Part shown: positions 47,767 through 59,700 of the stretch, one piece after another
Position numbering within the stretch: the first letter of the stretch is position 1
Layout of the letters: the number at the start of each line of letters is the position of its first letter
NCBI GenBank assembly: GCA_964036045.1
Contig: OZ038378.1
Span: 167,152,001 to 167,216,000 of the forward strand
DNA: 64,000 nt
Direction of reading: 5' to 3'
From: Eutreptiella sp. 'Long Island Sound 2002'
Lineage: Eukaryota > Protista > Euglenida
Notes under the pieces: generated by a model
Seen by the model: only the letters and a program-made list of their open reading frames with translations
Databases searched by the model: none
What the model was told of the DNA's origin: nothing
Translations under genes and position numbers: made by a program

Positions 47767-50700
47767 GTATGTGCCGTGCGGGGGTTGCTGCGGAGGGTGA
47801 CGGTGCGGGCGAGGGTGGTCGGGGCCGCGGGTAGCCACGAATGGCGCAGGGCTCCACAACCGGACCCACGTCCACAACCGCATCGTTTCCACAAGCACAA
47901 TTGCACCACGACACCACGTCCAAAGCCCCAGCCACAACCACACCACAAAGAGCCGCGACTGCAACTCGAACGATATCCACAGGTCGCTCTGGCCTGAGTT
48001 CGCACCTGCCGCAACCCCCGGCCGTTGTGGTTTTGGTTGCGATACCGTTTGTGGGGGAGTATTAGTGCGCCGGGCGCGCGCACCGGGCATCTTTTTTTGG
48101 CCATTCCCCACCCGTGCCTGTTTTTGCCCCCCCCTCACCAAACAGTCTGGAGAACCTTCTCGCCGTGTCTAAGAATCTGGCCCATCCTTTGCACCCAGTT
48201 TATGACGATGGCAAGGGTGGTGTTTGGAAGTGGTGGGAGTGACATTTTTTGTTGTTGAACTCTCATATTTCGGCTTAAGCAAGGTGCCTTGCAGGGAAGG
48301 TGTGCGGTCTAGTGCGGTGCATTGATTTTCATCGATATTTGTATTGACTTTCATTGATATTTTCATTGATTTTCATTGATATTTTCATTGATTTTCATTG
48401 TATTGTTTTTCATTTTCATTGATTTTCATTGATATTTTCATTGATTTTCATTCATATTTTCATTGATTTTCATTGATATTTTCACTGATTTTCATTGACA
48501 CATTCATTGCTTTTCATTACTTGGGAGACCTCCCTAGGTGAGGATAAACTTGGGGCTAGAGATAGGATCCTTAGTACAAAGGTAGCGCGCCGGGCATGCG
48601 CCCGGCGCGCGCCGGGCAACCATTCCCCCTGTAGCGGTTGCAGTAGTGGTGGCGTTGGTGGGAACAGTTCCGTGGACAAAGTGTGGTCCGGTGATCGAGG
48701 GAAAGTTGAGCTGATAGTCAGAACTCACTGGAGCCAGGCCTTCGTCAGGAGCAGTGGACAGGGCGTGCCCAGGCGCGGAGGGGACAGGCAGAGGCAAGCG
48801 CCAGGACGGTGCATGCGCTTGCACCGCACCAGACCGGCACGATGCCCTCTGAGTGAGAGGGAGTGTTGTTTGGAAAATTGTGGGTCCAAAATGCTGGAAG
48901 CGTTTTCCCGATGCGCGACCCGCAGCACCCCGGATGCACGAGAAAACGTCCACAAAGACTGGTCTGGGGCTCAGGACAGACCCGTTGCTGTGTGGCTCAA
49001 TCCGCGCGGCAGCATCAGCATCAGGAGCATGGGTTTGGTTGTCGCCGGATGTGGGGTGCGGAGGAACAACCGTCGCAGCACGTCGTCCACGCAGCACCGC
49101 CTTTTGCGGGCATTTTGGTTGCCCCTCTGCACCCGGGGAAGGCGGTGCGGGGGCGCCTGCTTTTGCTTGCACCTCGATCCCAAATGCGTCTGTGCCCAGC
49201 TTCGTGCACAACCCTTCCGACTCTGTCTGAGGCGTTGTTGTTGCGGTCTACTGCACAACGCCGACGTAACCCTCACACCCAGCAACGCATCCCACCCTCC
49301 CTGTCGAACCAACGAGCAGATCAGACAAAAGACACGGCACTGGACGGCGTGTACCACACGGTAAGGGACCAGCCTTTCTGGAACATCCCCTTCTCCAACG
49401 TACGTACGTGAAGGTACTATGTGTGACGATTCGTCTTGGATCTGCGGCGCCTCGTCTGCGTTGCCGTGGGTTCTGAAAATGCAGATCATCAAACTTAGGA
49501 ACTGCGCACACCTCACCGGGCCCCCTCGACGGCCTTGGAAAAACCTGCGCATGTCTCCCAGTCGTTGGCCGCCGACCCGAAATGGACCCACCCATCCCAC
49601 CCCACCCACGGTCTGGCCCATGCTGGTTGGGCTACAGAGGACGCCAGCCCAAATCCTGACGGACGCCAGCGTTCATGGAAAGTAAACCATGTGTTACTGT
49701 TCAGGGGCCCGCTTTGCCGGGACAGGGCTGGGTATTTGGGATCCACAAACAGAATTTTCTGACCGCGGCCAAATTTGCCAAACTGTGGCGTGACGCATGC
49801 CCCTTGCCCGTCTTTGAAGTCAATGACTCACTTCCGACTCGGAGCCCCGCCTCAGCCCTCAGTACAGTAGCACCGGACCAAAGCACTGGCTCTCCCCTTC
49901 CGTGCCCTCAGTTTGGACGGATTCAGTGAATGCGATGAGCCGCGTCCCAAGTCCGTCGAGGTGAGCACACAGACCGATGGTGGTGCGATGCAGCAGACGC
50001 AGGGAGGCAAGTCCCCCCATCCCCGGCCCCAGGGTTTCGCGGACCAGGGCACCCAAACTGACCCGCTGGAGATCCACACCGAGCTGCTATCCCCCACCAG
50101 CCCCCTTTCTCAAACGGGGTTCAGCCCGAGAAGTCCAGCGGGGCTGAGCCCGAGAAGTCTCGCCGGCACAGCGACTGACGTCATCGCCTCGTACGTATCC
50201 GATACCATTGTTTGCCGGCTGGCTGATGTATGCCTGGAAGGAGCGGGAGGGAGGGATAACGAGCGGGGGCAGGGGACGGGGGGCGTAGGGCGGGGGGGGG
50301 GGGGCGCAAAGTCCAGCACGTGGTGCACCCCTCTGCCTTCAGCCCAGTCCATCCGATTCCCTCTCTGCGGGCTTGCCACATGTGGTGTACAAACCTGCAG
50401 CACTCCATTACCACTGCACCCCCCAGGTTGTTTGCCTTTGGCGGTGCCTATTGGCCTCTCGCCACTGCTCATTCTGACCCTCTGTGGGTCCAAACGTGTT
50501 TTGGTTGTGCCAACGGAGCCCCTGGATGACTTGTCCTGTTTGACTATTCCGGGGGTCGGCTGTCCTGGAGACGGGCTGTTGCCCGTGCCGTGACCAGGTG
50601 CATCCAGATGCACACTCCGAGTCCATGCTGGGTTTGCCAACTCCAGCACTGACTGGTGCGCGCTGAGGTGTGCATCTGCAGGATCATTGTGCGCAGGCAG

Positions 50701-53700
50701 GTGTTATGGGCGTGTATCATACGTTACCCACATGCGCGCAATGAACACGAGGGAGGGTGTTTAAAGGTTTACGGGGGTGACCGTTCCCCGCTTTTCGTCA
50801 AAAGACTGATGTTCCGTTTCCTTGAATTCCAGACTGCACTGCAGTGGAACCCTCACGCCTTCGTTGTGCGACGAGGCATTGTTTGCCGCGTGCGCGCCCT
50901 GCGCGCGAGCGACAGGAACAATGATAGCGAGTAGAGCGCATTTTCTTACCTCCAACTCGCGAATCCGAGGTACACGCATCGCAAAGCCAGAGCGACCCCC
51001 AAGACTGACGCGCCGGATTACCTCTGCTTTGCCAGCGCGTACGGCAGGCAAGTCCTCACCTAGTGCCACGGCCTGTTTGCTTCCGTGGCGCCCCTCGTTC
51101 CTCGTCCCCCTCTCAGGACCCGACGCCCCCCACCAAGTCCATCCTGGAATGCACCCACGGCTGCCTGCTGATGGTCGACATCAAGGGCTTCTCCACGTTG
51201 GCAGAGGAGCTGACGGAGTGGGACGAAGGGCCGGAGCGCCTGATCGTGGGCCTGAATGACTATTTTGGCCCCATGATCGAGGACATTCGCAGGTCTGACT
51301 GGACGTGACGAGGGCACGTCTTGGGGGATCGTCTGCACGGTGATGCATTGGAGGTGGGCGTGCTGTGCCAGGCGGGGGGAATCCACGGGAAGCACAGCAT
51401 CTGGGCTTCGCATACCCTCCCTCCTTTCCATTGGCTGCAACTGGAGGAGGAGGAGGAGGAGGAGGAGGAGGAGATGCGGTCCCCCGGTAGGGCGCACCCG
51501 CTCGCCAACCCCACGGTGCCTACCGGCCCCAACCGATCACAAACCCGGCGATCGATGGGGGGCGACCCTGACTGCGGGCCCAGTCCGGCTCAGCATCGTG
51601 GCTGCAGCTCTCCTCTTCGTCTCCTCCCCATGGACCCCTGACCCACGCATGCACCTGGGTTGTATTTGCCTTTCACCCACCGCCTGTTTGACAGCAGTGG
51701 GTTTGTACTGCTCGAGGTGGTACTTGGTTGTGGGTCTCCTTTCCAAAGGCATCATCCGTGGATATCAATGATGCGCGGCCGGTTACCTCATGGGTGCCTA
51801 GGACAACCCCCCCCCCCCAAATCGGCGGCCGAATTCGGCGGACTTCGCCGATTTGTTCTGCCGATTTGTTGGGTTTCTGTGAATTCGCCGATTCGTTTTG
51901 CCGACACAGAGTCAGTGGAAGCCTGTGTGCATTCATCTTCTTCCGGCAAGCTTTGTTTGTGCAGTGAAAACCATTTTTCTCCTCAGGACAAGTGACAAAA
52001 AGTGCAAAAAACAATGGGTCCTGGAATTGAACCAATTTGTGGGTTTCTGTGATTTGGCCGTTTTGTTCTGCTGACTTGTTGGGGCTTCTGGCTTCTGCAC
52101 CACCGCCGATTAATTTTCAGACCAGGGTATATCCCACTGGACCACTGGCTGACACTGACATACATTGTCCTCAGGGACCATGTACAGACCGAGAGAAGAA
52201 ATTTTTTAGAAAAAATTGAGAGATATTTTGGGTTTCCACATGACACCAACTACAGAGCAACCGAAAGGAATGTGTGTTTGGAGCCTCAGACTAAGATCCA
52301 GGGCACTGGGAACCTGTTTTGCTGAAAAATTGGTCCGCCAATTTGTTCCGCCGATTTGTTGGGATTTCTTCGCCGAATTGGGGGGGGGGGATTGCTAGGA
52401 CCGTGCAACCGAACCAAACGTTTTTCATCAATACCCAGTGCAATGCCGTTGTTGACAAGGATTTTAATTTGGCATGACCGCCATACGACCAACCATTTTC
52501 CCTTCCACCGTCCGGGCGCCTTGCCATGGCCGAGGCGGGTACCAGAATTGCTTTGCTTTGCTATCACTGCTTGTGTCTCCGCGATGCACACGTAAACTTC
52601 GAACAGCGGGAGGCGCTGTTTCCGTCATTTTCAGTGCTTTACCGCTATTCTAGCAAGGGAGGGGGGGGGGGGGGGGCAGCAAGGATGCGCCCCAAAGGGG
52701 AAGCCCCTCTTTCTTTTTTAACAATTCTACGCCGCAGCTCATGGTTTCGCACTTCTGTGGGGACAGGACGAGGAGGCTTTGAAGGCCGCGCGCGTACCAC
52801 AGTCCCATGGGGCACTACCGGAGAAGTCTACAGCATGGAGATCCCTTGCCCAGACCTTCACTCGAAGGGGCTGTTGTCACCCCCCCTCCCCAACCCCCTC
52901 TTGCGGGATAACTGTCAGTTCGACCCCGACCGCTACTGCCCGCCCGGGCACCCCAGCGGGGGTCACATGCACGCATCCTGGTCTCTGCGTAGGTACGGTG
53001 CCAAAATCGAAACCTTTGCTGGAGATGCCATCATTGGCTACTTCACGGCTGCAGACTCTTCCACTTGTGTGTACCAGGCAGTGGCCTGTATCCTAAAGCT
53101 GATGGACAGGCCTCCCATGCAACTGAGCCTGCCCAACGGCACCACCAAGAAATTGCGCCATTACGCAGCACTTGTCTCCGGCGACATCATGGGTGTGTCC
53201 GGTGCTCGGAGTGCTGGCACACATTTTGTTGCAAGGCCTCAATACCACCCAGGGCCCCCAAAGGCAGGTTGTGGGTCAGAGGCCTCTGCTCTGGTGCTGT
53301 AGTGCTGTGAGGCTGTGAGGTTTGGCCGTGAGCTTCATTTGTTATCAATTTGGATTTTGCTGAACGAGAAAGCCAATCTGTTTTTTGCCGAGATAGCCTC
53401 TGTTGAATGCCGCTCAAGTCGGGAGTGTTGGCATCCCACGAGTGGCAGTCGGCAGTCAATCCAGTTGACGGCGCCCCTGATGGCCACCAAATGACAAGTC
53501 ACGGCGCTTCACTGGTGACCGACCACTGCTTTCTTTCTTGGGCCTTGGGCACAATGGAATGCAGCAACTTTGCTGGCATTGCTGTCGGCTGATTGACAGA
53601 ATACCCCGAGATGGAGCTGCACCCTCATAATCGGTTTGCCCTCACAGGCCATTGGGGACGTGACAGGATATGGGGTCATGGGTACCCATGTGGTGCGCTG

Positions 53701-56700
53701 CGGGCAAAATTCGGCCGTTTCGGACCCCCAACCGAAATAACTGCAGAGGGACGTAAGCATAGGCCACCGGAGGTGCACTGGGGCACGGCAACCGTGTTGG
53801 GGTGTTGTTGGGTCCATTTTGCTTTCCGCTTATCCTGTGCCTGCATTTTCTGCCCCGACCCCAGTGTATCTTGCTGCGCTGGGGCAGGTGGCGAAAGACC
53901 CTGTCCGAGATCAGAGGCATATCCCGCCCCTGTTCGAAGTCCAGGGATAGCCAGGGAGGCCGGTCCAACTGCAGGCGAAGCAGACATTGGCCCTCAGATC
54001 ATTGAGTGGTTGAGCAGTGAGGGCGGTGCCGGCAAAGTCACCGCAGTAATGGGCACTGTGCGCAACCCGGCCCCTGTGTGGCGGGCCTTGCTGGGGCGTA
54101 GGGGATCAGTCAGCCTGAGGTTCATGAGCCAGCTTGAACACGCGTGCAATGTGGTTGTACTGACGCCCTCACCCCTCAAACAAACAGTGCAACCCCCACC
54201 CCCCAGCCCTGCTTCTAGGAACCAACAGGAGCTTCGCAGTATGGAAGATGGATTGTTGGTAGGAACTTCCCGTCTTCCTCTCTCCTTTCCCTCCTCCCCA
54301 GGCGGAGGTTGTGAAGGCTGTATTGCGCGCGTTGCAGGAAGTACTGTTGGCGCCGAAGCGGGGTCCTGGAGGGTGGGCACGACCGCTCACCACCCCGTCG
54401 CCTCCCGAACCCTATTGAGGACCCCACCCACCATTGGGTGGCCTTCAACCACCCACCCCTCTGCCTGTCGTAAGCAAGGTGCAAGCCGGCAGACTTCGTG
54501 GTGTGTGCCAGGTGCGCGATGCTCCATGGCAGCCTCAACATGGACATGAGGCGAATGAGCGGGTGAAACAGCGAAGCACAGGGCAATGCTGATTTAAGCC
54601 TCAACTACAGGGAGTGAGAGTACAAGGCAAGGATTCCATGCAGTGGAGCAGGTGCCAGGTATCCGTTGTATCCCGACGTCTACTGTGCTGCTTTCCTGCA
54701 TTTAGGACTCACTTTGGGAGGCTCCAATGGGGAGTGGTATCACATGTTGGCGGGCAAGCCCTTCCTGCACCTGCGAGAAGTCATGCAAGACGCCCACATT
54801 GTAGGGGCCGCAGCATCCCCGGACGTGCTGGACGGCATTGTGGTCCCGGGTGTCATCAAGACTCCACTGGCCAGCGGCAACTTGCAACTCTCCACCCAAA
54901 ACGGCCCACTGCAGTATGAGCGCCGTGCAACCCCCAAGGTATGGGCGCGGGTGTGTGGCACACGGCGCAGCATACGCAGGGATTCAGTGGAACGTTACCT
55001 GGTGCAGGGGGATCCAACTGTTAGGCTTGAAGTTCTATGCTTTGACATTCTAGGCTTTGAGGTGCCGGGTGCAGGAGTCGAGTGATAGTGTCCAGGTGAT
55101 GAGATCTTGGTTGAGGATTACTGACAGCCCGATGATCAAACACCACCTGATACTGCCATGAACCACTGCCACGCCGCACCTGTTGCCCGTGATTTCAGCG
55201 ATGGGAATGCTTTGCACTGCTGAAGGGGCATTTCTATTTTCCATTTATGCTTCAACGTGGTCTTTTCGTTACTCCGCTGAGGGCTTCCTCTAGACTCCTG
55301 TGTGGGGGGGGGGGGGGGTATGTTGTACCGATGGGTGCGGAGTGGAGGTGTCTTGTTAGGGCGTATGTGGTCATCAAACATGTCTTTTGTTTGATGTTGC
55401 ACCGGACGAGGTGTCTGTACCCTCAGGCTGATATCGACCCCTGCCTGCCTGTCTGTCGCTTCTATCATGTGTGTGGGATGTGGTAAAGCATCGTTTGGCC
55501 GATGTGTCCTCAAGGCCAAACTGCAGCGCCTGGAGCCCAAAAAATTATGCAGAGGGGCTCAAAGGCCCTGGCCATGGGTCTGTGGTGCGGGTGTGTGCGG
55601 GGGTGGAGGTTTGGGTGTGGCGTGTGGTGCTGGCGGCGGTGTCTGTGGCATACCTCCGGTTCCTGCCCTATCCCCTGGGGATGCCTGTTCTTGTCCAGCC
55701 CTCCCTCTGTGCCTGTGCTCCCCAGATCACCGAAGGAATGCGAGGTGCACTGGAGCTCTTCGTGCCTCCCAATCTGCGGGAGTTCATCCAGTCAGACCTG
55801 TGCAGCAAAGGGCAGTTGAGGGATGCCAGCGTCGTATTCATTGGGTTGCCTCTGCCCGAAGTCCAGCCCGATGAAGATATTCGGTGTGATTGGCGGTGGG
55901 TTTGGGCGGCAGTGAGCCTGTGTCTCAGTGGTTGGGCTCGGGCTTAGGCGTGGTGTGGGTGTTAGGCGTTTGTTACTGTTTACATTTCCATTCTGGTCCG
56001 TTTTACTGTCTTGTGTGCTTGCGTGCGTTTGTGTGGTGTGTGTGTGTGTGTGTTTGTAAATGGTGCTGTGGTTACAGGTGTATCATCTTCCCTCTCCCTC
56101 TCTTTGCGAGTTCGGTGACCAGGGGGGTGGCATGAGATGAATCAACCCTAGGGGATAGATGAACAACTTGAATGCTCCCCATGTACCCGACCTCGCTACA
56201 GAAAGGCGCCTAGCCACATGACTCTTCATGTTTTGTTGGCCTGATGAGGTGTTTCTGAAACCAGAGCCTTGTGTCTGCCTGCTTTTGCCCGTCCACATTG
56301 GCCCTCGGTTTGTCGGTTTCTCTCACAAAGTGTGTTTGTGTGTCTGTGAATACCTTCCTGGTCGGTTGATGAGTGCAGCAGGACACTGGGACAAGGTGAG
56401 GGCACAGGGTAAAAACTGTATCACACCGAACTCAAAGTCTAGAGCTGCACATTGCTTTCTTCGTCAACAGACTGAAAGACGTCTTGGGCTGCTCCGCAGC
56501 TCCTGAGGAGTTTTCTTTCACTGCTTTTCTTGCTCTGTTCTGCTTTGCGGTTCTCATCGTGTGTATGCCTGCGTGTGCCTGTGTGCGTGCATGCGGTGCG
56601 GGGCGGTGCGTGTGTGTGTATTTGGTGTATGCGTATGTGTGTGGCCCGAGCACCACTCTCCATTTGTGAGCTGCATCTCGTCGGTTTTGCTGGCCGCTGG

Positions 56701-59700
56701 CAGTGACTACATGTATGTGCGTGTCTGTAACGAGCCATACCCTGTTCCCAATCCCGCCATTGCCCGCCTGGTCCTGGTGCTTGGAGTGGTACGGGTTGCT
56801 CTGTACTGCAAGGCCTGGAGTGGCATCAAACATGTCTTTTGTTTGATGTTGCACCGGACGAGGTGTCTCTACCCTCAGGCTGATGTCGACCCCTGCCTGT
56901 CTGTCGTGTCTATCGTGTGTGTGGGATGTGGAAAAGTGTCATTTGGCATATGTGTCCTGGAGGCCAATCCCAAAAACTGCAGCGCCTGGAGCCCAAAAAA
57001 TTGTGCAGAGGGGCACAAAGGCCTGGGCCTGCAAAAGCTTGAAAATTTTGCAGGGCTGTTTGAGTGGGTACCTCCTGAAATCGGCACTGAAGGGCTTTCC
57101 CATGAGCCCTGGGTTGGTGGCCAAACCCACAAAATGTGACATTTCCGGGAGACAATGAAGCAATGGGCCGCATGGATAACACAAGGCGGCGTTCTTGAGC
57201 AGACCCCCAATACAGGGGAGCATGTTGTTGCGCGTTGGAGGGAGATGAGGTTGAGGTTCCACGACACGTGTTTCTGCTGTCGTTGTGGGTCTTGCACGGG
57301 GCCGGGGGTTTCACCACTCTGAGGCTTTTTGGATCTGTTGAGACAGGGCGCTTCCGTTTCCGGCTCGGAGTTGGAGAATTGGGCTTGGGCTGAAGCTTCT
57401 GTTCGAGCTTGGGGTTAGGCTACTTTGGGCTTGATGACTGACGTTGAGGTCAGCCCTGGAAATGGGCGAGGGTAGGACAGACCCCCGCTCGAACCCTTGC
57501 CGTGTTGCAGGGCACTTCAGTCATCGATGCAGGTCACCATGTGGACCATCACCACCGCCATGCAGCAGTTGGAAGGCTCTGTCTCCAATTGCCTGCTGGA
57601 CGAGAAGAAGTGGTCCGTTGTAGTGAGCTTTGGGCTGCCGTATCATCGCAACGACGCGCTGCGTGCTGTGCAGCTGGTGATGCAGCTACAGGCCGAAAAC
57701 CTGAAGGTAATCCACAGGGTACAAGGCACCAGGGCACATCGCACGCACAGGGCGACGCAAGACACCACACAAAGTGCCAAAGCATGACATGACACGCCAC
57801 AGCACAGCACAACACAACACCAACACAAACACAGCATAACATAACACAACACAGCACAACACAACGCAACACAACACGACACAACACAGCACAACACAAC
57901 ACAACACAGCATAACATGATACAACACAGCATAAACACAACACAACACAACACAAACACAAACACAAACACAAACACAAACACAAACACAAACACAAACA
58001 CAAACACAAACACAAACACAAACACAGCACAGTGCGCCATGCACAGGGGCCAGGATTTCAATGAGGCTCCAGTCATCAAGGAGTCCGTCAGGGTCTGGTA
58101 CGCCCACGCCCAGGCGCGTGCCACACTGGTGAAGGCCCGGCTGGGCCCGAACAGCACGATGGCGTGGGCGTTGCAGGAGCTACGCCTGCACCAGCAGGCG
58201 GGGCAGGAGGGAGTCCCGCGGGTGCTCCTGGGCTAACAGCAATGGCCTGGTGGGAAGCCTCCAGGTCTCCCTATCCCTGCTTTCTGCCTAGAAAACACAC
58301 TCGCACACAGTGCGCAAGGACACACACAGCCCTCCCGTTTACCTGTACCCATGGGTAGACATCCCGGCCTTTGCCTTCTGCTAACAGCGCCTTCGGCACA
58401 ACACAACACAACACAACACAGCACAACACAACACAACACAACACAACACAACACAACACAACACAAGCACAAGCACAAGCACAAGCACAAGCACAAGCAC
58501 AAGCACAAGCACAAGCACAAGCACAAGCACAAGCACAAGCACAAGCACAAGCACAACACACCACACCACAAACACAAATACAAATACAAATACAAACACA
58601 AATACAAATACAAACACAAACACAAACACAAACACAAACACAACCCTAGACACAGCACAGCACAATGCAATGCAACACAACACAAACACAGCACAGCATA
58701 ACACAACACTACACAACACTACACGCCACAAAACAGCACAAACACAAACACAGCACAAACACAACACAACACAAACACAACCACAAACACAACACAGCAC
58801 AACACAACACAGCACAACACAACACAACACAACGCAACACAGCACAACGCAATGCAACACAACACAACACAGCAGAACACAACACAGCACAACACACAAC
58901 AGACAGCCTCGAAAATACGGCATAACGCAGCACCATCAACACCAACACCGACACCAACGCCAACGCCACACAACAACACTGCACAATACTAACTCAACAC
59001 AAAACCATCACATTGCAATGCAACGCAACACAAAAATACACCTCGAGACTCACAAGTCACAAAACACACAGCACAACATGCAACACTGTATCGCAACAGA
59101 CATAGCACAACGCAGTACAATACACACCATACCACGGTGCATCGAGGTGCATCGCTAGTGCACACTTTGAGTCGCGGTGCTTGGCCCAAGCACCAAATTC
59201 GCAGCAGCCACCTCCGCCTCCCCGACGGGTTCGTCGTTGTTCGTGAATTGCATTCAGTGGCCCATCGTTAGTGGTCGTTGTTCATTGTTGTTCATCGTTG
59301 CTCATCGTTGTTCGTTGTCGGTAATTACAGTCCAAGATGGTCGATAATTACCGTCCATGATGGTCGGTAATCACCGTCCGAGATGGTCGGTAATTACTGT
59401 CCCTAGGGTCGGTAATTACCAACCTAGATGGTTGGTAATTACCGTCCAAGATGGTATTTACCAACCAATTTGCACGGCAATTACCGACCATCTAGGACGG
59501 TAGTTACCGACCATCTTGGACGGTAATTACCAACCCTAGGGAGGGTAATTACCGACCATTTTGGACGGTGATTACCGACCATTTTGGACGGTAATTACCG
59601 ACCATTTTGGACGGTAATTACCAACCCTAGGGAGGGTATTTACCAACTTTTTTGGATGGTAATTACCAACCATCTTGGACGGTAATTACCGACCATCTAG

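Noticed and set aside
46467-48141. Overlapping 200-358-aa ORFs in other frames and strands
   Set aside because: Shadows of the GC-rich exon 46295-47766, whose frame is fixed by splice phase.
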